Below, piece after piece: positions 36,562 to 51,039 of a DNA stretch of 64,000 bases. Positions within the stretch are counted from its first letter, which is position 1; each line of letters starts with the position of its first letter. The stretch comes from Rhizophagus irregularis. Its lineage: Eukaryota. Position numbers and translations under genes: made by a program. Below the pieces are notes generated by a model. The model made no database searches. It was given only the letters and a program-made list of their open reading frames with translations, and had not been told where the DNA came from. The stretch spans positions 5,642,001 to 5,706,000 of the forward strand of contig NC_089434.1 of NCBI RefSeq assembly GCF_026210795.1, in the 5' to 3' direction.

Positions 36562-37014
36562 CCCATATAAACTTAGAAATTTTCTAAGAAATATTTGGAA
36601 TTAATTTTTTAATGTTGCATTGCCTTTTTATTATAAAAAACATTACAAAATTATAAACTTTTATAACCAAAATGTAATATTTTAACTTTATTTTAATTTA
36701 TCTATTAAAATAATAAAAAATTTATCTATAAAATAATAAATAATAATTCATCAACATCAAATGCTTAATATTTAATTAAAATGGTTTAGTATTCAATAAA
36801 AATGGATTTAGTTTTCTAATTTTTAATTTAATTTAAATTATTAGCATATACAGTATAAGATATAATATCTTTAATCTAAGAATTGATTAATTACAGATTA
36901 TATGATAATAATATGAATGCTTAATAGGTTAATACTTTACAAATAATTAAATATATAAAAAAATTATAAATAAATCTTTAAAAAATTTTATGTTAAAAAA
37001 AAGGAGTTTGCTAT

Positions 37015-37135
37015 CACAGGTCGAAAAGTGAAAAATCAGGCATCAATCAGTCACCAATCAGTCACCAATTAGTCACCAATCAGTCACCAATCAGCTACCT
37101 GATTGGTGACCGATTGGTGCCTGATTTTTCACTTC
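37015..37135. repeat. Fold-back remnant with 11-bp repeats and a CACAGG start
   Basis: AAGTGAAAAATCAGGCA...(AGTCACCAATC)n...TGCCTGATTTTTCACTT. Confidence 0.65.
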
Positions 37136-37661
37136 TGGAATCACGCAATTTTTAATTTAAGTGATCAACATAAAATTTCTTTTTTTGGATTATTGTATAA
37201 CTCATTTTCCCATTTTTGATGAGAATCAAAATTGCCTTTTTTGGATCGTGTAACGTTACTCAAGTGCCAAAAAAGGAAATTTAGGCCGGAATTATAAAAT
37301 TTGGCTGAAATTATAGGAAATGGGATTTGGGATTGGAATGGGAATGGGATTTGGGATTTGGGATGGGATGGGACTCCCATCTCATTTAAATGGGCAGGTG
37401 ATTTGTAAAAAAAAAATTTGTATATTAAAAACATCCCGATTAGGATAATAAAATTCAGGGGAAATTTTTTTATTTGCAAAAAAAAAAAGACCGATCAGTC
37501 TTAAAAAGACTGACGGTCTTATTATATGTGATACAGGACTGAAAGATTACAGTCCTATACTAAGACGGACTGGTCCATCTTTTTATGGTGTAGGACCGTA
37601 GGACCACGGTCTTTTAGGACCGATGACCATCTTTATGTACAGGTGTACATTAGTACATACA

Positions 37662-37828
37662 AACTAATGTGTAAGTTCATTCAGGATCATAGTTTTCATT
37701 CATTCCATTTTTGAGCATAACTAATGTGTAAGTTCATTCAGAATTATAGTTCTCATTTATTCCATTTTTGAGCATAACTAATGTGTAAGTTCATTCAGGA
37801 TCATAGTTCTCATTTATTCCATTTTTGA
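37662..37828. repeat. 57-bp tandem repeat (x3)
   Basis: CTAATGTGTAAGTTCATTCAG starts at 37664, 37721 and 37778. Confidence 0.9.
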
Positions 37829-38680
37829 AAATGTTTTCAGAAGATATTATTGTCAAGAGATACAAAATAATTATAATAATTTTAATGGTTACTGAATTAT
37901 ACACGTACATTCAACGTTTAAAAAATACAAATTAAGGTTTATTATTACTGTAATTAAGTTCTCGTGAGGCAAAAATTACCATCTTGACCGCCTCACTTAA
38001 TCAACACTGCATAAATCATCGCACCCTACTGACCCCCTTGCTATAAAATATTTATTTATATTATGCAGAGGGGTGATGATGGTTACACGGGTCAAATTTT
38101 TGCGTCTGTGAGTGAATGTGATCGTGTAACATATTGATACGATTTTCACTGAAATATGCTTTACATGCTTCTTTTATCACCTGCGATAGCCGGGAATTTA
38201 AAATACTAGTAACAATATAAAAATTTAAAAACAAGTTTGCTGCTTTTTTCGGAGTTATATTGCCATAGTATGCTAACTTTGTCCTTTATATAAACCTAAA
38301 AATTTCTGCGGAAAATTCCTGATTTGTTGTTTTTACCAGATTTTTATGAAATTCGCATTTTTTGGGGGGAATGTAGATTATCGTGGTTTGTCATACATTC
38401 CACTCAAAAATATATTAAAAGGGATGTCTAACTCATTTTCCCAACTCATTGGAAATTAACATAGCATTCCAATATTGATAAGTAGTAACAAAATTTTAGG
38501 TAATAAAGTGCACGTAAATAGTGCAAAGAAAATATTCCTTTTAGATATCATGCTTTGATCATTACGTTATTTGTACTTACCATTTGCTATTCTTCAACTT
38601 GTTTTCCGTTAAAAAGTCTTTAATAAATTCTTTTCAGTTTGACACATCTTTGTAAGTTGCTGAACAGAGCAGCTCAAGAT

Positions 38681-41600
38681 ATGCAAATGGATAGCAAAAT
38701 CCCTGATGTGATACCAGAAACTACAACTGAGTACGACAATAGTAATGATTTGTGCAAATTTATTCCTGGACTTTATCGATTGCTGGATTTGTGCAAAGAT
38801 GAAGGTTCTAATGGACTCGGTAATGAATCTAGTTTGAAACTTTTATTATTATGCTGGGAAATATTATAATATCAATATCTCGCTTTAATTAACCTTTTGA
38901 TTTAAAATAATCAAAAACTTTTAGTTGATAAGATAATTATATCTCAACAAGATGTTAAACGTCTTTGCAATAAGATCATGCCAAATAGTTTCAAGTCCAT
39001 CTCGAAGATAAATTACGAAAAATTGAACTCACGATCAATCCGACTTGTTGGATGCTACGGCCGCAACGAACTAATTGCAAAGTTTTTGTTCATTAAGAAT
39101 ATTATTAATCAGAAAAAGTAAGATTTTTTTCCCTTTGAATATTGTTTCTGATCATTTAAATAATTAACTTCTAAAAAAATATATAAAATGTTTCATTAGT
39201 TATAAATCAATGATTTCATGTTCATCATCTGCTGACACTTCCTCACGTGACTATACACCATCACTCCGACCAGGAATTTATCTTCAACAAGTTGATAAGA
39301 CAAAAAATGTGAACCCTCTTTTTTTAGTTATACATTGGAGCGAAGATGGTTGTTATGATGATTCTGTATCTTCATATAGAAAGAAGAATATGACAAATCT
39401 ACATCGGTAATTATTTGGTTATTTATTTATAACCTATTAAGTTACAATTGCTTATTTACAATCTAATTTTTATCTTTTTGCAGATATCTTACAAAATTGA
39501 CTGATCATCAAATATGTTTAATGAGTGAACGTGATCTTGAAAGCATAGATTGGCAAATAGCCCCAAATGAAGTCAGCGATGATGAAAGTGATGATGATGA
39601 TGGTGAAGGTGGTGTATGTTACGATTTTGAAGTAAAAAAAAGTCAAGAGCAAAAGGAGGATTTCGAAATCTCCCCCGGATTCAGAGTAAGTTAGATGTTG
39701 TATAATTCAACCCATTTTGAGGGATAGATATATAAATTGATATTTCAAGTTCAATTTATATTTATATTGACTTAAATCAACCAACTCTTCATAAGATTAA
39801 TATTTCAGGATTGGTATCATGTCAAGCTCAAAATAGTTATAACTGCTTCACTAATATTCCATTGGATTCATCGGTTGTCGAATCCGTATCGAACCAAACC
39901 TTCTTTACACGTGAAATACTTCCTGAAACAAAGATTACTGACAGCAGCACAATACCATTTAAATCAACCTCAGAATTTCGCGAATATTTCAGGAGCAAGC
40001 TGGAAACTCAAAAATGTGCTCTAATATTAGACACCGATTTAACAATGTCGAAACTTGAAGCAATTGTTAAAGATGGATTAGACTTGAAAGAGATTCTTCA
40101 ACCGTATTATGACGCTTTGATTAAACTTGAACAGGAGAAGGCTATATCTAAAGAGCAAATAATTAAGCAAGATGCCTTACTTATAGAGAAACTTGCATGG
40201 CAATGTCTTAGATTCAATTATGGGTAAATAATCTTCAAGTTTCTTTTATATTACAATAAATTATACTAATAATGTGTTGATTTTAAGTGAATTTGAGGAC
40301 TCCCTGTGTGATAATAAAGGTAAGGTTTTCATGGGAGCATGACATTTAAAAAATTTTATCTAACTCTATTTAAATCTATTATTATAAAGATGTCATAGAA
40401 GATGATGGTCAGTAAATATTGATGTTTATTACTCAGCTGCTATATACAGGCCCAATCCAATTTTAATTTAAATACCATTTTCTTTTTTAGAAATTCAATA
40501 TATTCGGGATAAATATCCTAAAATTACATCAAAATTGGAAGATATTGTCAATTATATTGAATATTTGCCATGGGTAAACCTTAAGAGGCGGTTTATTTTT
40601 GCGAGAAATTTCTGTGAAAAAAATGCTGAAAATAATACTCATGAAGCTTTGCTGGATCCAAAAAAACTTTTTTTAGAAATCTTTTTTGATAAAGAAGTAG
40701 ATCTTCGTAATCTTGTCGATAAGTATAATAGCTCAAATTGGTGGATGTCATCTATTGTTCAAAAGATTAGGGATGAGGCCTCTAATATTCCTGACTGTCA
40801 ATTTGTTAAATATACTTTTCAAGAAGTTAAAATTGCTAATGCATTTTATGATGAATATGTTAATTGGCGAAAAGAGTGTTTTCCAAACAAAGTCAAGGGA
40901 GTTTTATCAAAATTTTCAATGTTTAATATAAAACCTTCACGGAAGTTAGATCTTGAGTTTGACCATAAGAAGCGTGAACTTGAAATTTGCGAAATAACTC
41001 GTATTTGTTCTGAAATTAAAGATAGGTATCCTGAAGGAGAACTTTTAATAGTAAAAGACATTGAAATAAAAGGTAAATTGTCCTTCATTTTTTCTTAATA
41101 CACGCACAAAGATCTCAAAGGAAAAATTTCGCATTTGAAGTTCCTTATAGTACGTATTTTGGCAAAACGTCATATCGACTTTATAGAGAAACTGAGGCCA
41201 TACGTTCAGCCCAGTTAAAAATTACCATATATGAAACAAAAATTAGCCAAGAAGATTCTTTGGAATTAGAAAAAGATGAATCCTTTGTACCTACACCTTT
41301 ATTACCCGGGTTTGGTCGAAATCCGGGTGTTTCTTTCGAAATTGATCCTGAAAAATATGATTTTATGTTTGTATCTTTTCTCATTAAATCATATTTACTA
41401 TATAATATTTGTCAAATGTACAAATTAAATTGTTCTTATTTTCTTGCAGCAATATATCACAATTTGACAAAAAATTTCTTGTAATCTTATGGAACAAAGA
41501 GAGCAATAGAATGGAATTTTATTTTGATACGTTGAGACGTTTGCCTAAGATGATTGAGCAACAAATTGCAATCAAGAAATTAAATCCTGGACTTGGTTCG

Positions 41601-44600
41601 AAAATTGCTATTAATGATTCGAAGGGTTTAATTGCAATTTATAGTCCTGAAAAAGCTATGGTTTGTTATTATCTTTATATAATTATATGTAGTTATGTTA
41701 CTCTGATTGATCAAAATTTATCCCTTCTTTCTTTTATTATTTAAGCTTAATGTTTTAGGTTTTGATGATGAACAAACAAATCTTAATTTGCGATATAGGA
41801 ATATTCAACTTTTGCAATATTATAATGACACTGCTCCTGAAATAGCTCATTTTCTTTTCATAAAAAATACAGAAGATATTTGTTTTGTTGAATATACTGG
41901 CAGAGCAAAGATATACAGTTTAATTAATGATAGCTTCCGTCCTGGGATTGCAGATTTCCCATCTTCAGCTACTAAGATCTTGAGCACCCCAGATGGTGCC
42001 TGCATTGTGGCTTTTACCGCAGAACAACAAGAAGAAACCGAGGATATTCAAATGCCAGACGTATCTATCTCAGACAGCGAGAATGAGGGTATAAGCAATG
42101 AAGAGCCTTGTGACAATACTGAAGAGAATAATGAAACCGCTTCAGAAAAAATAGACAATCCGAATTCTGACACCAAGAATTTTAATAAAGAAGAGCCAAA
42201 AAAATCCGGATCTGATTTTGTTAATGCACATATTTATTTCGTCGAAGGCTTCAGCCAGAATGCTAAAAAAGTTATTGTATTACCTTTTACAAAATCATCA
42301 ATAGAGAACATTCAATTTTCAGTCATTGATAAACGTCAAATTCATTTGATCACTCTAAACAAACAAGAATTATTTCAATCAGTAATGGTAAAAATAACTC
42401 ATGCCAAAACTCAATACCGTTTCGAGCGACAGTCACAACATATATCTTTAGGTCAAGTTAAAATCGAAAATAATAGATCATTAACAATTTTGGGAAAGGA
42501 TACTATGTTCAATCGTGATTTACGTGTTGGTGATTATTTAATTATTGGAGATGAGAAACGACAAGTATCCGAAATTATTTATGATAATGTATTGAAGATT
42601 GTTAAGCCAAGCTTTGATCACTTTAATGTTGGACAGTGGTCAAGTTTTGAGATTGAGCAAAGGAATACCAATAATGGTCTTATTGATGCTTACGCCATGG
42701 TCTTTACAAAGTATGCAACAACAACTCCTATCGGCCGAATTGATAACCCTTTAAAAGCAACTTTTGCGGCTGATGTATCTGAGAACTCTGAAGTTGCAAG
42801 TTATGAAACAAAAATTCAAAAGTATGTTGCCAAAATGTTTGAAAAAGTTAAAAAAGAAACCAAAAAACCTTCTGGTCATTTAAAGCATTTCAAAGCTGGA
42901 TATACAATTTTTGAGAATCTTATCTTAAATGAAGAAAGCACCGAATATCAATTTGGAGAGTAAATATTGTAAATTCTAATATGTTTTTTATATTTGAAAG
43001 CGAGCATGTTTTTTTCTAATTCAGATATTAATTTATTAGGTGGATTATCCAGCTTTTCTGTTTAATTCCAATTCAAATTGCTATTGCCCGTGATAATGAA
43101 TTTGTGCCTTTACAAGATGGAGTGTTCTCACCTGAAATCGATCAACCTACCTTTGATGAAGGATATGGGTTAATTGGGAGTGTAAGCAAAGCCATATCTT
43201 TTGGGTGGTATGAAGCTATTTTCGAACATTATGCAGACCTAGAAGTTAAAGTGATATCTTCAATGGGTGAACAATCATGCGGCAAGTAAAATAATGTAAT
43301 TCTGTATATGAGTTTTCTAGCAAATATTCCTAATTGACCGTATTTCATTAATAAAGGCAAGAGTTATTTGCTTAACCATTGTGTTGGATCTACCTTTGAT
43401 GGATCTGCTATGGTAAACAAACATTTTTTAAATCATTTTACATTTAAGCTAATTTAAACTAATTAACAATTAATTGTCCATCATCTAGCGATGCACAGAA
43501 GGAGTATGGATGTCAGTAGGTACGAATGTATAAGACATTACAATTTTTTCGTTACTCTCACTATAGATATTTAATATTATATTCATTTGATCGAAAGTGA
43601 AAACAAACGATATTCTTTATGTTGCCTTGGATTTTGAAGGTAATACAATTATCTTCTTCATTTTATTTTCTTCATTATATTTGCCAATCTCTTATTAAGC
43701 TTGATTATTTACGTCAAATGTTGCAGGCTTAGCAAGTATTGAGAGAACTCCGCAAGAAGAGACTTTCATGCAGCTTCTCAACGCTGCCTTATCAAATCTA
43801 GTACTATTTAAAAGTCAATTCGCTGTTAGCCGGGACATTTCTTCAATGTTTCAACGTTTTCAAGATGGCACAAATTACTTTGGTGATGATCCGGATATAT
43901 TTCAAGTAAATATCTGTAAAAATAGTTGTCAATAATAATTTCCTGCTATTCATTCACTTTGTATTCACATATTTCTTAGGCTCGATTTTGTATCATTATT
44001 AAAGATGTGGCTAAAACTGATCGAGAAGATATCGTCGCTGAATTTCAATCTAAATTCTCTAAAATTGTGGATCGGGTACGGAACTCAGATATTATGTATT
44101 CTTTCAGAAAAAAACAGTGAACACTAATTAATTGGCTAATTTTGGAATTTAGGAAGAGGAGGATAACTTTATTACCAAATTGTACCGTAATAAAATGAGC
44201 ATTGTTCCTTGGCCAGTGTTTAATGAAGCCGCATTTTATACGACCTTCAAGCAATTGAAAGTTAAATTGGATGCCCAAGATTCTAAGTATAAGAATGCCA
44301 GAGCTTTTATTGAAAAAATTAAGGTAAACATGCGATAATAATTTATCTTAATTACATTTATAAATTATAATTATTTAATATTAAATTCGATAATTCTAGG
44401 TCTTGATGACTAAGTTAAAGTTAGTAAATTTTTTTACCGTTATTATTTGTTTTTTTTTATTTAAGATCCTAATTCCATGTTTATTTTCACAGAGTGTGTG
44501 ATTGGGGTAGTATCCAAGCAACTTTGGTCACAATGCGTGCATTGGAAATCAAGAAATTCCTCAATAACGTCATTTCTTATGGTTACGAGCAAAAAGAGGA

Positions 44601-47600
44601 TGATCCTTTTTCTGAATATGAAGCTTCATCGGAAAATGCGAGTACTAATATTGATGGAATTAAGCATCTTCGGGTGATTATTATTTACGATACTTTTACT
44701 TATAGTCAGGAATGTATGTAAGTTATAATTTCATGTTTGGAATCAAATAGGGGCGTGATGATGGAACTTTAATACCTGATGATGTAATATCTCTCTCGGA
44801 GATCTTTGATGATATCAATGAATCAGTTAAATTGATGCCTGATACTGGACTTGTATTACTAAAGAATGGAGATGATTTTGTCAAACTTTCAAGTGGTAAA
44901 GTAGAACTGTATTGCAATAACAAAAAGTTTACTTTGAATAATTTGCAAGCATGAAGTTTTTTCTAATAGATTTGAAGAATTATTTTGAGGAAAATGTCCA
45001 TACTCGAGGAGAAATACCAGATAGCCAATGGATTGAAAAATATGATAAGTTTTTAAAGTTCATTATAAAGAGACGCATCGATCGTGCCCAACAATGGTTC
45101 AACAAAAACATCTCGAGATTTCCTAACGATCATAACGAGATCAAGATTACTAGTTATGCACTTGAGCAAGAAATAACCAAGCTAAACTTATTCTGGAACA
45201 TTTGTCGGCTCCAATGTAACAGCTGTGGCATGGCATGTCTCAAGACAAGTCGTCATGATGATAACGAAAAAGATACGGGACATGATTGTCTAACAGATCA
45301 TTTATGTCATTTCCGTTGCTGCTTTGAAGAAGCTCATACCACTGGCACTTTACCGGAATGCACACAATTCGCTGGTCATGAAGGAAGGCATGCTTGTGCT
45401 CAAAACCACGCTTGTGGAGAGCCTTGTATTTATTCGGGAAAACGAAATTGTCAAACCCGTTGTGCCAAAGAGGTGGGACATGAAAAAACTCTTGGGAGCG
45501 AAACTCATTTATGTGAAGCCAGCCGTCATTATTGTGGCGCATCATGTTCGTTAAAAGTAAACTTGCCGGGTGGTTCCTATGAATGCCGAAATAAGTGTAT
45601 AGTAAGTATATAAATATTAAATATTTTATTTGCCTTTTTTTTCACTATTAAATTTTTTTTTATACAATTTGAAGATTCCTTGTGAAGATGATCATACTGT
45701 TCATAAGTGTCAAAACGAGGTATGTCCGATTGAATGCCCACTCGAAGGGTGTCAACGAAGATGCGAAAGCAAAGAGCATTTTCATGCTTTTGAGAAAGAT
45801 GTGCAACATTTTTGCGGGTAAATAAATTTCATATTGTTTAAGGCTGAATATAAATAGTTTATTAATTACAAAATTTTAGAAACGAACATCAATGCCCAAA
45901 AGAATGTGAAGAAAGTGGGATCTGCAAAATAGTAACTGAACCTACTGCGATAGTTAAAGAACAAGCTGAATATGTTAACAAATTCGGCAGCTTTATGTTT
46001 ACAAAGGTAATATTTTATGAAAATTGATCATATAAATCTTCATAAATTAATTTCTTTAAATTTATAGTATTCTCAAACATTTCAAAGACTTCAATGCTGT
46101 AAAAAAATACCTCCTTATAAATTTGATCACGAAGGCAAGCATGTTCACGAAGAAAAGAAAGCTCATGAATGTAATGCATCATGTCCTGATGATGAGGGTG
46201 AACATATTAAAGAAGAAAATGACAAACAAAATTTTCATTATTGTGATGTCAAGTGTCCGAATTGTGCTTACTATGTAAGTAACTTTCATTATAACCATTT
46301 TAACAGTTGAATATTATGATATGAGCGATATGAGCAAAAATAACATCTTTTATTTTAAGTGCACACTACCTTATGATCACGGTAAAATGCATAATACTGA
46401 GCATTGTAAGTGATCAAATTATTTCAAAAAAAGACGCAATTCATAAGAAGTTCTAATAGCTTTGTTTTAATAGCCACTGTCCATGGAAATATGCTTTTGA
46501 CTACCTTTACATGTGAAGAGGAGGAGTTCGAATTTGAAGGTCCAATTTAAATTCATATAGATTTCATTACATATAAAATAATAATGTATTTAATATTAAC
46601 TTGTCGTATCTTATCATTATAGGACATCGTTTGAATGTTGGAGATCGTGGTGATTTTGTTCTTTGTCACAAAGTAGGTGTACCAATTTTTAATAATTGCA
46701 TGTTTATAAACATAATTTAATCTAATTCATTCGTTTTTTTTAGCTATGTGAAAATATGGGTCGTCATCGTCATATTGACTTTTGTAAAGATCCTGGTGTG
46801 TGTGAGAGTGAGGGAGGATCTCGAAAGGAAGGAATATTAGAGCATATAAAAGGTAAGAGTAGATTATAATTTATATTTTGACAAGATTTGACATGATTTT
46901 GATTTTTGAATTTTTTTAATAACAGCACATATTAGTCCTCAGCCAAACCGAAAAAAAGATTATATATCTCATCGTGTCTTTTGGGAGCGAACAATGTTTC
47001 AAGGTATTATTATACAAGATCAAATTTTTTGTTATTGACTCAATAAATGTGTTTAACTTCTATCTTTAGATCCTTATTCGAAAGAGGACCGTGAAAATTT
47101 CAAGAAGTGTGATCATGAATGCGCGGATGAGAAACATCACAGTGTGAATGAAATAACTGGCAAAGAACCTACCAAATCCTATTGTACTCAAGAAATTTTT
47201 CATGCTCCAGTTGATTTAAAAACATTTTCACTTGGGAAGACCGGTTACATATCAACTGATGGCCATCATTTTACTTGTGAAAATCCAACAACAAATGTTG
47301 GTAATTTCCATATTGTTTTTGTAGTTGATAGAAGTGGTTCTATGTGGAATAGTGATTGTATGCCAATTTGTTCAAGTACAGCTACTTCGAGATTAAAGTT
47401 GACACATAATAATCGACTTGGAGCTGTATATGATGCAGCTTACACCTTTATTGAAACCCGTCGTTCTTCACGAAAGGTAACGCCATCTGGGCAGATGTCT
47501 GTAGATCGAGATACTGTATCTATGGTTCTTTTTGATTATAATGCTTTGGTTGCTTTTGAGAATGAAAGTTTATCAAACCCCGAACAATTACTAACGAAGA

Positions 47601-48158
47601 TGATGGCATATACTCCTATTGGCGATAATTATTATCACGAGGGTATTAAAAAAGCTTCAGAAATTATTGACAAATATTATGATGCTTCAAAGTAAGTTCT
47701 TGAATTCATATTTTGCTTAAATTCTTGTTTTAAACAATTATTATAATAATATTATAATAGGACAAACGTAATCATATTTTTATCGGATGGTGAATATCAT
47801 GCTCCGGAACCTGAATTACGTAGTCTTTGTCAAAGAGAAGCAAATAGAGGGTAATATTTTTAAGTTCCTATTTTAGAATCAACTTTAAAATTATTTGACT
47901 GCTAAGTATTTTTTCTAAACTAGATCGCCAATCTACCTGTATACTATAATGTTTACTGGGAGTACTACATATTCATATTATGGTCAATCACTTCAAAAGA
48001 TGGTTGATATTGTTAGTGAATACCTTCCCAAGACGAATGATAAAGACTCACTAAAATGTCAGTATGTTCTTGCAATTGATCAGATAAAGTTGACTGAGCA
48101 TTTTACCAAAGTGGCTGAAAGTTTACGAAAACATCGTCCAATGTTGATGCGTAAATAG
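38681..48158 (+). CDS. Very large multi-exon protein: uncharacterised N-terminus, GB1/RHD3-VLIG-type GTPase, Cys/His-rich (NFX1-like) repeats, C-terminal vWA domain
   Basis: About 33 exons. Spliced G1 GEQSCGKS, G2 RCTEG, G3 DFEG, G4-like IIKD. Cys/His-rich region at about 45200-47280. vWA MIDAS VVDRSGSM and IFLSDGE. The start codon and some micro-exons are uncertain. Confidence 0.85.
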
Positions 48159-48496
48159 AAATAGTAACATACTACTTGTAGTTTAGTTTAAATTGATAGT
48201 TTTTGTAATTTCTTGGTATTATTTAAGAGATCCAATTCAGATCTTTTACCCAACTGACCCTTGTTTTCTTCTAACTTTAGCCATTAAAACTAAATGCAAA
48301 TAAAGTTAACAACTTACATTGTTGTTCTTGTGCTAATTTGTTATTTAAAAGCTATATAATAAATATTGATATATGATAATTACATTTAAGATGAAAATTT
48401 ATATTTAATGAAGTTGATATAAATTCTATTTTACAGATAAGTAACAAAATTTTTGTTTTATATTTTTTATTTTGACCTGATGCAAAAAGATTTGTA

Positions 48497-48540
48497 CAGT
48501 ATAACCTCGATATACCGATATTTGATATACCGATATACTA
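48497..48540 (+). mobile_element. Solitary Tc1/pogo-like terminus
   Basis: TA|CAGTATAACCTCGATATACCGAT. No partner end found. Confidence 0.4.
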
Positions 48541-49169
48541 TTAAAAACTTGATATACAAAAACTGGAAGTCAATATTGTTTTTTAAATGAATTACAAAAA
48601 CTAAAACTATTGAAGCTGGTTTAAATGTACAAGAAAATGGTATCATTTTCTTGCATTAAAATAGCAAAATAATATAATTATGAAGTTTTTATATGTCATC
48701 TATTACTATGAATTACAGCCAATTAAAGATGTTTAAGCAGTTGTAAAAAGTGAAATTGTAAAATCCTAAATTATTGCCTATTTGAAATATATTTTTAAAT
48801 GCATTAAAAAATAACCTTAACTTAAAGATTATAATGAATTTTAAAAAAAAGTACTTAAAATATTAAGGCATATTTTAATATATTTTTGAGACTAATGAAA
48901 ATGTACAATTAAGGCCAGTCCAAGCCAATTATCTGTTTATCATAACTCCTCCCCCCTATTTTATAAAATTTAGTCAAATAATATGCATTATGTACAGCCA
49001 ATAAAATCACAGTATTTTAGTCATATGATATGATATTTCACTTTTAACACCTGATGACAATGATGAAAATCTATCCATAAAAGCAAAATGATTCACATTT
49101 TTTAATCACATTTTTACGTATTTAGGGGGTGCTTTTAAATGGTAATATCTATTAACTTCTTTAACCAAC

Positions 49170-50127
49170 ATGCTTTATCTCTTGGTTCAAGTTAATGAAA
49201 GTATTAAACGTATAGTTCCTGAACATGTAGTGAGCATAGAATTTACAAATAATCAGTTTAGTGATCTTTTTGGTGCAGTTACATCAGGAGAATATGGTGA
49301 TAGAGAAGTAGAAGTTTTTTTAGACGTCAAAAGTCTGAAAGCTGGAAAAAGGTTGACAATGAGTTAAAAGGAAATTTAGAAATGTTAGAAGTTTTGAAAT
49401 ATTCTCAAGTTAAATTTTGTTTTATTGAAAAAACACATTTAGATACACCACAAATCACAAATACTTTAAATGCTTTTGATATTTTAATGAACATTCATAT
49501 CAAACTTTACTTCCTCAACATTGTACTGAATATAATGATCGTAATAAACTTTATAATGAAATTATTGATCTATTTCGTAATCAAAATGTTGGCTGGACAG
49601 GTGATGTGCATGATACAATTGGTAAAGTATTTGTGAATCGTATTATAAATGCAATTTGGTATATTGATCCACATCTTTCTACTTTGCATGTACGTTCATG
49701 TAACTTGCCGGTCTTTTTTACACAACTAAAAACCTATCAGGATAGGGAGACATACTATAATAAATTTTACCATATCAGTCATCATAAAAAAAATCCATTA
49801 TCACAGCAAAAATTGGTTTACCTTTCAAGTTCTCTTGAATTATCTGTCAGTCAACCATGGGCGAATAATGATGTGTGGAATCAAGTAATTCCTGCAACTT
49901 TATCTTTAATTGAAATCTTAAAAAAATATGCAGAATATCTGACTATAACTACTACCAATATGAATATTCTTCATTATAGTGATGGAAGTGCTCGCAATTC
50001 TGAAAATGATTGTACTATGTATCGAATTATTGCTTGTAAAAATGAGAATCTTAATGATATTTACAGTCAGCTGAATGATGTTTTACTTGAAAAACAGATG
50101 TATGAATATATTAATATTAAGCAATTA
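49170..50127 (+). pseudogene. 5' part of a probable transposon gene, broken at 50127
   Basis: Frameshifted ORFs at 49170, 49382 and 49606. The continuation lies inverted at 63320-63582. Possible element end TAA|GGCCAGTCC at 48913. Confidence 0.55.
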
Positions 50128-51039
50128 CACAGGTCAAAAAACGATCTATCTCACACATATCGGGTACCTATATATCGGTGACTAATTAGGTACATATCGG
50201 GCATTTTTACATATTAACAACATATCGGGTACCCGATTTGTCACATAATGCGCAAATTTCAAATATGGTTAAAAAAATGTAAATTACCAAGTGTCCGATA
50301 TCCAAACTATTAGTCACCGATCCGTTATCTAATATATATCGGTCACCGATATTTGTACGATCTTTAAAAAAATTTGTGTGTTTATTTAATATTATCGTAG
50401 TATAGAAAACAGCTACTGATTTCTGTCTATTTGGTATTGGCTTTGTACGTTTTGTACTTTGTAAAAATGTAATACAGTGTACGAAAAAAGATAATTGCTA
50501 TGGAGTCTTGATCAAAGTATCGTTTATCTTCATGAACTTAAATGCGGAGTTTTTCCAAATCATGAATACTTATAAATAGATGATGTTTATTTACTTTTTT
50601 AGGAAATATTGAATGATAAGATTATTATATAAGCCAACTCTCAGTAATCATAGTAATACAAGAGTGCGGCCAGAGAATACCTAAACTTCAAACCCGTTAT
50701 CAAAAGCATATACAAATTATTCAAATTACCGCGATTTTCTGAAATCCACTTATTGTAATTAAATTTCTCATGGCAAAAAAATAAATACGTTCCCCTTTTT
50801 TCTTTGTAAACTATTACACTGAATTTGCAAAATGGCGTATAAGGTGTATTGTACTATTACCATATTAGGAATCTTTCCATATAGCCAGGATACCTGAAAA
50901 AAAATAAATTTTAAGGAGATATTTTTTTTACCCAAATCGTAATAAAATTGTAATACAAACTAATTCCATATAAATGACGGATTTTATTTCTCTAACATCT
51001 TTAGTTCGATCGTTACTGATAAGGGTGATTATTGGTATC

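Noticed and set aside
37315..37401. Telomere-like GGGATTT/GGGAAT repeats (also 1480-1570)
   Set aside because: Irregular, internal, and attached to a shared dispersed-repeat end.
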